Shown: piece by piece, positions 12,441 through 25,299 of the stretch | How the letters are laid out: the number at the start of each line of letters is the position of its first letter | Position numbering within the stretch: position 1 is the stretch's first letter | Assembly: GCA_951406725.2 (NCBI GenBank) | Contig: OX597840.1 | Location: 22,630,001-22,694,000 of the forward strand | Length of the DNA stretch: 64,000 nucleotides | Direction of reading: 5' to 3' | Source of the DNA: Octopus vulgaris | Taxonomy: Eukaryota | The notes under the pieces: model-generated | Database searches by the model: none | Told to the model about the DNA's origin: nothing | The model's input: only the letters and a program-made list of their open reading frames with translations | Program-made: the position numbers and the translations under genes

Positions 12441-13190
12441 ATACGGGGGGCATTGGGTGCTAAACAAACGCAAATCTGAAGTCGCAATAAATTGAACTTC
12501 TTTTCATTTAGAACTTAGGGATCTGCAAATGTGGGTATCTTAGAGATGCTTAAAGTGTTTGTTGTAGCTGTAATTGTCGCACACACACAAACGAATAAAA
12601 ACACAGTCGCTCACACACACTTACACACACAAATAAAAACATTCACACAAACACAAACACTGAAATGAAAATAACAACACACACTTTCACACTCACACAA
12701 ATAAAAACCGTCCCACGCACACAAACACTGAATAAAAATTCTCACACACACACACACACATACGCACAAATACACACACAGAAATGAAAATACACAGCTA
12801 CATATTCACACAAACACGCGGACAAACACTCGAGCATGCGCGCACGCATACAGATGCAAAGTTTCTTAATTAAATGGAAAAAACTCCCGTACCATCCCTT
12901 AGAGTCTCCAAGACACGAGGAAAACGCTTTTCATCAATCAAGGGAGGTAACTCTTTTCAAGTAAGGGATTGGCGGGAGTTACTTTCGTTGGTTTGATATT
13001 AATTTTTATGTTTAAGTTCTTTCCACTTAAATGCATTTTTGCCAAGAAGCAAATATAACTGAGTTTTCATGTGTGTGTGTGTGTGTGTGTGTGTGTGAGT
13101 GTGTGTGTGTATGTGTGTGTGCACGACTATGTGCTTCTATATACATGTATGTAGGTATATATATATCAATATATATATATATATATTGAT

Positions 13191-13605
13191 AGGCGTAGGA
13201 GTGGCCGTGTGATAAACAGTTTGCTTACGAATCGCAATGTGCTGGGTTCAGTCCCACAGTGTGGCACCTTCGGCAAGTGTATTCAAATATAGCCTCGGGC
13301 CAAGCAAATACTTCTGAGTCGAGTTGGTAGACGGAAACTGAAAGAAGACTGTCGTGTATATGTTTATATATATGTGTGTGTGTATGTTTGTGGGTTTGTG
13401 TCTGTGTTTGTCCTCAAACATTGCTTCACAACTGATGCTAGTCTGTTTACGTCCCCGTAACTAAGAGGTTCAGCGAAAGAGACCGATAGAATAAGTACTA
13501 GGCCTACAAAGAATAAGTCCTGGGGTCGATATGTTCGACTAAAGTTGGTGCTCCAGCATGGCCACAATCAAATGACTGAAACAAGTAAATGAGAATAAAA
13601 GAGTA
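13191..13605 (+). mobile_element. Near full-length tRNA-derived SINE (CORE-like central block, internal TG tract, LINE-like 3' end)
   Basis: A-box-like GTGGCCGTGTGATAA, B-box-like GGGTTCAGTCCC, CACCTTCGGCAAGTG block. 3' end GGTGCTCCAGCATGGCCACAATCAAATGACTGAAAC plus A-rich tail. 3' halves also at ~8570-8705(+), 8765-8945(-), 12050-12175(-), 15176-15345(-), 28410-28458(+). Confidence 0.8.
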
Positions 13606-15548
13606 AATAGCGACAAAAGTCTACGAAGCCTGTAACAAGTTAACTTCTATAGTCATAAATATTCTACTCCCGAGAGATCTCAGAATGAGACCAATTACGG
13701 CCGATCCAGGTATGTAGATACGGGGGAGGCATTGGGTGCTTGGCACTCGCAGTTATAATCTCAGCCCCCTCCACGCCAGTATGAGAAGTTGTTTTATCCA
13801 CTTGTGAAATTAATACATTGTCGCCATATGAGAAAAATATGAGCAATATCTGAAGTCACTAAAGGTGTAATAAATTGAACTTATTTTGATTTAGTAGTTA
13901 GTGATCTCAAATGTGGGTATCTTAGAAATGGTCAAAGTGTTTGTTGTAGTAGTAATTGTCGCACGCACACAAACAATTAAAAACACTCAGTCGAGCACAC
14001 ACATGTACACACACAAATAAAAACACTCTCTCACACACACAAACACTGAAATTAAAATACTAACACAAAACACATTCGCACACAAATAAACACAAACAGT
14101 CCCACAAACACTGAAATAAAAATACTCACACACACTCACATACGTACAAAACACACACACATAGAAATGACAATACACAGTTACACATCCAAACACTCAC
14201 ACACACACATAGAAATGAAAATAGTTGCACATCCAAACAAACACCCACACAGAAATGAAAATAGTCACACACAAACGTACGCACATACACACAGAAATGA
14301 AAACAGTTACACACTCACACACGCACCGAGAAATCAAAATACACATTTACACACTCCCTCACTCACACACACATGCGCAGGCACAAACATTGAACTGGAA
14401 ACACTGTCACACATGCGCGCTCACACACAGACACAGAAATGAAAGCACACACATACATTTCTTCAGAACGTAACAGTTTTATGGTCAACATATTTAAAGC
14501 ATAAATAGCAACAAGTGTGTATCTTTGCATGTATCTATGTGTGCGTGTTCGGAGGTATGTGTGTTTGTGGGTGAGCACAACACACACATATGCCCCGCTA
14601 ACTTTACGGTTCCGCAAAAGAGTAAAAAAGATAGAAGTACTAAGCTTCCAAAGGATAAGCCCTGGGGTACGTTTTGTTTGACTAAAGGCTGTGCTCGGGC
14701 ATATGCATAAATATATATATATAAATTCATTTCATACTAATATATATATACATACATACATACAAATATACATATTTATATACATGCATTCATAAATATA
14801 TACGTGTATATACCCACATACGCATATATACTATCTAAAACAAAATAAAAACCTGATCATGTCCAAAGGGTGGTACTAGATATGGGGAGTACTTTACATA
14901 GTTTTCAGGTGTAATTAAATGTAAATTATAATGTGTATTTGTTAAAGTAAACAGCAGAAAATGTGCATGTGTATGTCTATTCTTGCACGAATGCAAGTGT
15001 GCCCTTCGCATGCGAAAAACAAACGTGCCTACATCTTAAACTGTCATGTCTTTTATTAATATGTCAAGAGAAGTAACTCTAAAATTTGATTTTTAGTTAT
15101 CTCCCTCACTAATGTAGTTAATAGAATATAAACTTTTCTGGTTATTTTCTATTTTACACACTTAATTTATGCAATTATTTGACTGCGGCCATGGTAGAGC
15201 AATGCCTTTATTCGTGTAAATCCTCCCAGGACTTACACTTTGTAGGCCTAGTATTTAAACTATCGGTCCCTTTTCCCGAACCGATAAGTTCGGGGACCTG
15301 TACACACCAACACCAGTTGTCCAACGATGTTGGAGAAATAAACAGACATACAAATATATATATATACATACATGTATTCCATGCCGCAGCAGCGCCTTTA
15401 TTCGAGAAAATCGACCCCAGGTCTTATTTTTTATAGGCCTAGTATTTAATCTATCTTTCACTTTTGACAAACAGCTAAGTTACAGGGACATGAACACTCC
15501 AGCACCGGTTATTAAGTGGTGTTAGAGGGATAACCAGATATACAAAGG

Positions 15549-15580
<32 letters not shown>

Positions 15581-16714
15581 CACACTGCCCAAGATGCCAT
15601 GCACCCAGTGGGACTGAACCCGCAACCGTGTGGTTGGTAAGCAAGCTACTTCCCATTCAGACACTCCTGTTTGTTAACCTGACAACAAGTTCAAGGTTAG
15701 CTCTCATTGGTTGTATACAAAATGAGTTCATTAATGGGGTCCTGAACTGTCGCGGGGGAAAGAAACTTTCGTGGCTGGGTCACATGAGACGATGCGACCA
15801 CCTTAGATATGGGTGGACTGTGTTCACACAAGAACAAACACCGACACGTCCACACTCATGCACATGCATACATGCAAAGACGCACACTGGTAGCTATTTA
15901 TGCTTTAAATGTGTTCACCTTAGAACCGAAACATTATGAAGAAATTATATGAGTGTGTGGGTCAGCCAATATGTGTGTGTGAGTATGAGTGTGTGCTTTC
16001 ATTCCTGTGTCTGTTTGCACCCGCTCATGTATGAGAAAGTGCTTCCAGTTCATTGCTTGAGCTTGTATACGTGTGTGTGTGTTTAACTGGGTTTTCATTT
16101 CCGTGTGTGTGATGTTTGTGCGTGTGTGATAGCGTGTGTGTGTGTATTTTCATTTCAATGTTTGTGCGTATGTGTGTGTGACTCTTGTTATTTCTGTGAC
16201 CGTCTGTGTGAACGACTGTGTATTTTTATTTGTTTGTGTCTGTGCGACTTCCCCAACTTACTCCACTTTTACCACAAATGGTCATACCCCTGCCCTCCAA
16301 GAGCGACCCCTGCCTGATGCAGTTTATCCCCCATCCAGCAATTGTCCTGTTAGTCGCTCTGCCAGACTCGCAAAGACTAAAAGCCTGACGCACAACTGAC
16401 ACGTTGCTCCTTGATCGTCACACCATCAATATTGATTAAGGGTCTCTCGCACTAATTATTAAATTTTCGTTAATCATTTAATACATATTATCAGTCTTCT
16501 TTGCTTCCCTCACATGACTTGCGGAGGGAATAGGGGATTACAACTAAACATACATATATTATCATTTATTACATTACATTCAATTAGCCATACATTATTA
16601 GTTTCATTATCCAAATATTTTCCTTCACGTTTCAGGTATACCGAGGACCTTCTTTTTCATTGCTTCAATCAGTGTACATAAAGTGTTTGTGAAAGCAAAG
16701 AGTTTTCACACTTA

Positions 16715-17575
16715 TTTACTAATGAGCTTTTTCTTATAGCTAAATCACTACCAGAACTAGAGAACAAATTTTGCGTACGGAAGCAAGGTCTAGAATTGAA
16801 AGGCCATAGAATTAACCTACCCAACCCTAACCCAAAGTCTTAGTAAGTAGGAAAACAGATAAATCATAAAGCCCTTCAGGTACATGGCCATCCTCAAAAA
16901 GAAGGTAGGTAGATGTACTCTGTATAACACATAATAGGTGTAGCAATATCAGAGGAAGGTAAACTGGGAAAATATTTTTTGTATGTGGAAGGTGCACATG
17001 TACAGTAAACACTAAAAGTGTACAGAAAATGGGCTCCATCAAATGCCAGAGGAGTACATTAGAGATCGTTGAGTAACAAAGTCAGTAGCAGAGGTGGATG
17101 AACCAAGAGTGTGGCTGCAAGAATAAAAATAGGCTGAGCAAATTCAGAGAGCTCCTTCCTCTGTTTGGTAACTAAGGGTCTCTCCTTCAGAGTGAAAGGC
17201 AGATTGATTATACCTGTGCAGACAGCTATGCTACATGGCAGAAGAAGTAGACATAAGAAGGCATTGGACAAGGTGGTAATGCATGATCTTTGACTGTTGA
17301 AACTTATAAAGGCAATGACTAATGACTGACACCTTTCATGACATGCTGTGCCTTAGAAGACAATATATTGTAAATAATTTCCCATCAATTAATTTTTTTC
17401 ACAACCCCTGCCCACAACACTCATGGAGTGTTTGATGTTAAGAAGAACATCCAGCCATAGAAACAATGACAAATCAAGACTGGAGTCTGCTGCAGACCCT
17501 CAGCTTACCAGCCCTGATGAAACTGTCCAACCCAAGCCAGCATAGATAATGGACATTAAATGATGATGATGATGA
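16715..17575 (+). mobile_element. Old, deleted RTE LINE 3' fragment
   Basis: Homologous to 1614-3220 (IAKSLPELENKF..., AMLHG); ends GGACATTAAA(TGA)n. Confidence 0.8.
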
Positions 17576-18312
17576 GGACAATTCTTTTTGTAAAACTTTT
17601 GCATTTGATGCTGAACATTTAGTTTAAAGTTAATTTTATACATTGAATTTTCATTTCTTGTGAAATCAATTTTAATATTTCAAATTCAAAAATATTTAAC
17701 AAAATATAATGAGAAACTGAAGCAAGTACTACTTCTATATTTGTAAAAACAAAAAGAAACAAATAGAGGAAAATGAGCAAAATTGTGCTAAAGTGAAACT
17801 AAGAAACAGAATACTGTGTAAGGCAAGATACAACTGTATTTTATGAAAGTACCATATTGCATAAACACAAAAAAAAGAAACTATTGCAGAGGGAATTAAA
17901 CTGAAACAGATATCAACATGATACACACAACCCATGCTAGTATGGATAAAATGATTAGATATTTCTGTCGAGAGAAAATTCAATGACAATCTTATGCAAC
18001 CAACAATAACCTCAAACTTATCAGATTATTGTAGATGAGCAACAACTCAAGAAAACCTGTCAAAATTCTATGTTCTTACAATGAATTAATTGCAAGTATT
18101 TAAGTATGTAGACAACATAATTTCATGTTTTATATGCATCAATACATGTGTAAAAATAAGTCTCATATCTACGTTCATTTTTCCATCCTAGCATGAGTTT
18201 GAAAAATATAAGATTTAATAGTTGGGTAACATTGTCGTAGCTAATGATAATTTTCTACTAAAGGTTTTCTTTTTTCTTTCAAAGTGCAGTTCTAACAAAT
18301 GATACATTTGTA

Positions 18313-19523
18313 CACAAACATGACAAAAGTAAATAGATACCCATTAACACATTGTTTTATGGTTATTATAACTTGAAGAGGTTTATATTTTTTTTATTAA
18401 TTGACATTTATATGTTTCAGGTTCTATATGTAACTGTTTAATCATGCCATGTACAAAAGAAGCCTTAAAAATGTCCAATTTACAAAGAGGCCATATGCTG
18501 CGCCTATTTCAAGGCTGACTTAGCCTAAAACCACAGAAAACATTGTGATTCCACTTTCTACAGTAAATAGAGTAATTTTTCAATTCACTAAATGGGAAAG
18601 TAGTCCATATCACCTTACCCAGGTAGACTAAGGCCCTCTGACAGAACACTTTGCTTTCTTAAGAGAAGTGTGTAAGATAATCCTCATTGCAAGGCCTCCA
18701 ATATAGCAGAATAAGTTGATGTCAGTCCCAGAATAGCTGTCAGTTATCTCCGCAAAATTGGCTATTATGGCAGAGCAGCAAGAAAGAAGACACTGCTTCG
18801 ACCAGCCAATATCAAATGGAGAAAAGATTGGACAAGTGAGATGGTAGAGAGGTCACTAGCACTTTGGGACACTGTCAAATTCTCTGATGAATCCAAATTT
18901 GCTGTATTTTCTGACACTGGTCGAATGTGGGTCTGGAGAATCAGTCACCAATATTTTCACGTGAATATATTGCAGCCAACAATGGAACATGTGATGGTCT
19001 GGAGAGCAGTTTGGAGCAATAGTTAATCAGAAATGGTGGAGTGTGAGGGATACATAAACTCAGATAAATATGTGTCCATATTATAGAAAAATCTTCTTCC
19101 TATAACCTCCAGGGGTAAAATGATTAAATAACACTATTTATCGAAGATAGGGCTTTCTTGCACAACTAAAAGACCCAGGATTGGTTGGAAGAGAATGGCA
19201 TTAAAAAGCTTCCATAGCTAAGCCAATCACCAGATATGAACCCTACTGAACACCTCTGAGGCATGATGGATGGGATACTTCCTAAAAAGAAAAAGAAAGC
19301 ATCCTTAAAGCCAGATCTTTTGATATTACTGCAAGAAACTTGGCAAGAAAATCATGAAGAGAATATTCATCAGATCAGTAGCATGCCTGCTAGGGTCCTT
19401 GCATTCAAAAATGCAAGGAGCCTGTCTACTAAATATTAGATATTCACATTATAATAATTAATAAATAATTTAAATAAATTTTAACAATCATAAGGGTGTC
19501 TATTTAATTCCGTCATGTCTATG
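18313..19523 (+). mobile_element. Tc1-family DNA transposon, full-length relic with pseudogenised DD(34)E-type transposase
   Basis: Degenerate ~31-bp TIRs (CACAAACATGACAAAAGTAAATAGATACCC vs reverse complement CATAGACATGACGGAATTAAATAGACACCC), TA on both flanks. Motifs WDTVKFSDESKF, VMVW, QSPDMNPTEHL. Confidence 0.88.
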
Positions 19524-19779
19524 TAGTTTTTGAAGCAAAACACAATGGAAACATTAATATTAAGACCTTTTCAAAAATCTCTCTCAAGCATTTCATGCAC
19601 ACTGAGATTTTATTGACATTCATTCAAATTCACTCATTCCAACATGAAACAATTTTTTCCATCAAAAACTTTGTGATGTTTTCACTGTCTCTAATTTGAT
19701 CTAGATCCTCTAAGTGTCTCTAATGCATTCATGCCTTAATTTCAATTTGTTGCCTAGATTTTTCCTCAGGGCCAACTCA

Positions 19780-20200
19780 CCAAACAGAAATTAATGAGAG
19801 ACCTAATTGCCTTTCATCTTGATCACATAAATACACCCACACATTTGGTGCTCAAATACAGCATGCTCCACACTAGGAGATTGACAGTTACCCACTATAT
19901 GCAAAAATCGAACACACTTGCAGTACTAAACAAGCCATTACTATTGCATTTTCTGGCTTCATGTTTCCCAATTATATCCCAATTTTTTTTATCTCTGAAA
20001 TCACCAAGTATGAAGATTTTATAAGCAGAAAGAACATAGAAGCTTTTTTCATGAAAGATAAAATATTAGTCTTTTTTTTCTCTTCAGAGGAACACATGGT
20101 TGGAGGGTAGACACTTACTAAGGTAACAAATCTCTTGTTTGACAATGGCAATCTCACTGACATCAAGGTAATCAGTAAATCCAGAGAGTTCATAATCTTA
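19780..20200 (-). pseudogene. Ancient RTE/BovB-like APE endonuclease fragment
   Basis: LMSVRLPLSNKRFVTLVSVYPPTMCSSEEKK followed by an NSNG-like motif, as in RTE endonucleases. Confidence 0.65.
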
Positions 20201-22019
20201 GATGCCAATATTTCACAAACATTCAATGGTCTGTACTCTCTTGCAGTAGCAAGATGACACATAGGCCCAGGCTGCAATACTGTGGGACACCTTCACTATC
20301 CATTCCACATCCCTTCTTGACATTACTCTAAATTATTTTGATTTTTCAATGAGTATTTTGCACTTTTTGTCAACAGTTACCTATAACATGCATCACATAA
20401 TTGATATGGTGTATACACACACATGCAATAAGCATCATATAGTTCCCATCAACCACTTTCACTAAAAATGCATTTGTTGGTCCCTACCTATAGTCGAAGA
20501 CTCTTGCCCAAAATGACACACAGTAGAACTAGACCCTAAACCATGGCATTGGGAAACAAACATATTTTACATTTGCAAACATATATGTCTTATGGAAATT
20601 GTTCAATATACACAGAGAAACAGGTGTTCAATGTACAAACAGCTATGGTTAACTAACAGAAAACTTAATTTAACAAAAAAATTATGTACTTACATACAGG
20701 TGAAGCTTCTTGCTTGGTAAAATCAACAAGTATAAAGAAAAGTCTACATGTATAAACTGTTGTGGTGAGAGTCATTGGCACCCCTATGGGATTGGAAGAA
20801 TGGACTAGAAAAACTCTTATAAAAAAATTAGCATATTGGTTGAGACAAAGAGAGTCATTGGGAGTTCATGGAAGTTGTTGACATTGTTCAGAGTTTATAT
20901 TTATTAGAAGTATTGTGTTTAGTAGAGTAATCTTCGTGAAATTTGCATATCCAACATATAGAAGGATATAAAATAAACAAAAGTTCGCAAGTAAACCAAT
21001 AAGTGTAATCGTTCATTTTTTAACCCTGAAAGTAAAAATGAAAAACATCCTAATAGTAGCGAAAGGAAAATTTTGGCTTTAATATCAGTTCACTACTCTT
21101 TATTTGAAGTGACAAGCAGCCAAGTATTATACAAATGGAAACTTTTACATGTCTCAGGAAAGATATAAATGCAAGCAATGTGAGACCAACTTTCATTAAA
21201 ACTACACAAGAAATTCATCAAAATTCATTCACAGATTTTATTCTATTAAACTTCAGATGGTGGAGAGGCACAATTGTTAGTGTTGGCAAAATACCTTCCA
21301 ATATTTCTACCAGCTCTTTATATTCTAGTTTCAAATCCTGTTGAGGCTAACTTTGTTTCTCTTCCTTTCATGGTTGATAAAAAAAAGTGCAAGTCAAGTA
21401 ATAAGATCAATTTAATCAATTAACCACTTCCTCTAAAATTTGAGGCATTCCCCTGTTTTACAAACATGACCAATTAATCAAATGACTTGGGAAAAATAAA
21501 TCTGCATGTTAGGAAACAGGATAGCTTTCCTGTCATTCAAATATTCGTGAAATTTACAATATACCATAATTTCAGCAATTCACATAGTCATATTGTAAGA
21601 GAGTTCATCATCATTTCACTAAAGATGCATACACTAATATAGAAACTGATATTAATTAAGAAATCTTACCCATAAACAATATTTTTTATGCTATTTCACC
21701 AATGAGCAACTAATAAGGCAGAGTTTAAATCCATGCTTCCTTCACCAGTTTATCATATGGCTCTCAATCCATTCAAGCCTTTATTGCAAAACAGCTCAGT
21801 TTGCTAATTCTTTACAAAGGGCAGTACAGGTGAGAAACATAAAATGGACAAAATGAGTGATGAGTAGCAATAAAAAAACATAAGCATCTATCTATTTATC
21901 TATATATCTATCGAGCTATCAAGCAGTCTATCTTTCTAGGTGTTTGGTAGTTGGTATGTCTATTCTTCTTCTGACTCTATCTATTTCTGTCTATATATTT
22001 ATCTATGTTACAATCTGCT

Positions 22020-22078
<59 letters not shown>

Positions 22079-22383
22079 AGAGAGAGCGAGAGAGAGAGAA
22101 GAGATGTACTTGCATAGCGAGTGGCAAGGTAACAGTCAAGTATACAAATTGAACTGACACATATTACATAAACATACGTTCGCAAGTACATACACATGTA
22201 CACACACACAGACACGTCTATTTCTCCTAAATACTCACATACGTAAGTACATAAGTACATACATACATGCGTATAGGCATGCGCACATACATGTACACAT
22301 ATACATACATAAACACATACATACGTACGTACATACATATATATCATGAACTAACTGTTACTTTCTCAGATGCAGCACGGAAT

Positions 22384-22431
22384 TTTGTCAGTGAAGTCGC
22401 AGTCTCAAAGCGACGAAAATATTTTGACAAA
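22384..22431 (+). ncRNA. Degenerate minimal hammerhead-like motif at the 5' end of the Penelope-like element
   Basis: Stem I TTTGTCA/TGACAAA; eroded core GTGAA; stem II GTCGC/GCGAC; GAAA; palindromic AAATATTT in place of stem III. Confidence 0.5.
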
Positions 22432-23132
22432 TTAAATTTAAATATTAAAGTGAATCTAACGGTTTTTGTGTGTTTCTTAAATGGCTTATAAACACCTTCC
22501 ATGCTGCAATTGTTTTCATTCCAGTACAGCAAAGTTTACCCTTACTAAATCCAAACTCCTGTCAGCTTTCTCTAATTACACCCAAAGGCATAAACAAAAA
22601 CGAACAAAAAATAAGACCCGTGATCTTGACACCAAAATTAAGAAAGGCCTTAACAAATTAAAAAATCATATAAAAAATAAGAGATTGTATGCTTCCCGAC
22701 TGACAAATCAGTTAGAATGTCTGTTGACAACTTATCTAATTACATTTTGAACATGCAACCACACATTGAAAACGAAAAAGTCCTCAATGCTCACATGGGG
22801 ATGCGGAGTATCATTCTCCAGTCTGAGGAATGCACAGCAAACAATTTCATAACTACCAACAATGAAATCCCACCCCTATATGGCCTTCGAAAAGATCATA
22901 AGATCCACATGGATCATATACTTGGGCCACCTACCCGACCTGTTTGTGGTGCCAACAATGCAAACAACCACAAAATATCATATTTTCTCTCACAATTCAT
23001 AAGACCCTTAATAGAGTTATCTGCAGATTTACGTGATAGTACTGAAGACCTCCTTAGCAGGATCCGCGAATGCAACAACACATGTGACCTCAGAGAGCAC
23101 ATCGTAGGTATCATGGATATGGTATCACTGTA

Positions 23133-23364
23133 AGGCGGCGAGCTGGCAGAAACGTTAGCACGCCAGGCGAAATGCTTAGCGGTATTTCGTCTGCCGTTAC
23201 GTTGTGAGTTCAAATTCCGCCGAGGTCAACTTTACCTTTCATCCTTTCGGGGTCGATAAATTAAGTACCAGTTACGTACTGGGGTCGATGTATTCGACTT
23301 AATACCTATGTCTGTCCTTGTTTGTCCCCTCTGTGTTTAGCCCCTTGTGGGTAATAAAGAAATA
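23133..23364 (+). mobile_element. Young full-length tRNA-derived SINE (second family) with 12-bp target-site duplication
   Basis: Starts AGGCGGCGAGCTGGCAGAAACGTTAGC, B-box GAGTTCAAATTC, A-rich end. Flanked by GGTATCACTGTA (23121-23132) and GGTATCACTATA (23365-23376). Confidence 0.92.
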
Positions 23365-25299
23365 GGTATCACTATATCCTTCCATTGATATAGAATTTGC
23401 TGTCGAAAAATGTATAAAGATAATTAGTGAGAGTAATATATTTAAAAATGCGGACATATATGAACTATGGCTCTTCCTGGCACCAATGAGTATCTGTCAC
23501 ACAATAATCTTCTATATGCTTGTCTTTCCCGTAACAAACGAGGTAGACCACCTACCATTACCTCAGCATACAAAAAGACCCATTGTGAACGCTGACAGGG
23601 TTTGATGAGGCAGACTACCCACCTTCAGATGCACAGGACATCAGAACTACTATTGCACATGCTATCGGTGTCAGCCTTAGAACTATACTTAAAACCCATA
23701 TTTTTAAGTTTAACAAAAAACTGTATAAACAGACGAAAGTGGTGCTATTGGAGTAGGGATCGTCGGTGATGTTGCAAACCTCTTCATTGGATGGTGGGAC
23801 AGACAGTTTAAACAGTGCCTAGTGACCTGTAACATCCACTTAGCTATGTACTCTCTATACATTGACGACATTAACATTGTTGTGAAATGTAATAATAATA
23901 CAGACACAGAGATAGAATCTCTACTAAATGAAGAACAGGTGATGACAGCTATACAACACATGGCTAACTCTATCCATAGCAGTATAAAAGTTACCGTAGA
24001 CTGCCTCTCTAAACACCCCAGTAACAGATTACCTGTCCTAGATACTGAGCTGTGGATAGAAAATACTATGGTTAACGGAACTGTTAAATCCTGTTTACTC
24101 CACTCACACTCTTGTAAACCTATGGCTAATCCACTGGTAATCCGTAGTAACTCAACGATGTCGAGTACTAACAAGCTCAACATCCTGGTGGCAGACTTAG
24201 TTAGATTAATGAGGAATGTATATCTCCACTATGCCAACCACAAGAACGACAACACATCCAGCACTTCATATTCCGAATGCAACGCCCCGGATACACACAA
24301 TATGAGAGAATCAGAGTGTACAAAGGAGCAAAACCAAGATTCAAACACATTCTAAGTGATGACGAAAACAGTGTATGGTTCCTATACCGCAACAAGTTCT
24401 GGAATAGGTTAGAGAGGGACACCAAGAAAAGAAATAAGACCAATACTTGGTATAACAAGAGATTTCACAGTGTAATGTTTGTTGATGCCACACCTAAGAA
24501 CGAATTATGTAAGGCATTCAAGGAAATCCTACACACAACTGGCCTTAAGATCAAGGTTGTAGAAAAGACAGGTAGGACTATCAAATCTGTATTGTGTAGA
24601 TCATATCCTTTCGATAGATTCCCATGTCAAAATAATTGCGCAGTATGTTCCACAAACCCACATGTGAACTGTAAAACCAAGAACATTGTGCCAAGAAGGA
24701 GCTTGCGAGACTAACCCAGAGTCATACATAGGTGAAACTTCTAGGAGTATCAATGATAGGTTCAAAGAACACCTGGACAACTACATTGAAAAGAAACCAA
24801 ACTCCATCTTCTATCAGCATGCTGTAGACTGTCACAAGGGCTCCTTAGGGAGACTTAAGTTAAACATTTTATCCACACATCCCACTGATGCAGTGCTGAG
24901 ACAGGTCAATAAATCTGTCTGTATACAAGAATACAAACCCACTCTCAACCGAAAATCCGAATGGAGTAACATCCAGATTCCACTCAGGATGACCATTCTA
25001 TAACCACCCCTCTCTCTCTCTCTCTCTCTCATTTACAAGTAGTAATCCATGCATAAATGTTGAAATGCATGGTACTAAAATACATATATGCAGTTATATC
25101 TAACCGTACGAGCGTACATTGTTTGATACGTATGTACATATGTGTAGATGTATATGTGTGTATACGTATGTGTATGTGTAAATATACATATGAATTATAT
25201 ATGTATGCATGTAAAAAATAAATAAAAAGAATAAATAGAATAAAATAAAACAAGTTTGAATTTTAACCATTGTCCTTGGAAAAATTGTCATATATATGT

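Larger units (their letters stand above)
7262..16250. repeat. Degenerate composite local repeat array (reiterated modules, CA-rich minisatellite and SINE pieces)
   Basis: Module GCAATAAATTGAACTT...AAATGTGGGTATCTTAGA recurs at ~7465, 8220, 12485 and 13870. Module at 9960-10220 recurs at 15640-15930. 10340-10690 matches 11140-11500. Confidence 0.85.
22345..25005 (+). mobile_element. Penelope-like retroelement (RT + GIY-YIG endonuclease), pseudogenised and interrupted by a SINE
   Basis: LYGLRKDHK...PTRPVCGA, MDMVSL/YPSID, GAIGVGIVG, YIDD, LPVLD, and C-terminal SYIGETSRSINDRFKEH (GIY-YIG). Limits are approximate. Confidence 0.9.

Noticed and set aside
16250-16545. GC-richer island ending in purine tract GGAGGGAATAGGGG, resembling an LTR-element PPT
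   Set aside because: No paired LTR, TG...CA termini or recognisable pol remnant visible.
23133-23225. tRNA gene
   Set aside because: Has pol III boxes but no convincing cloverleaf; continues into a SINE body with TSD.
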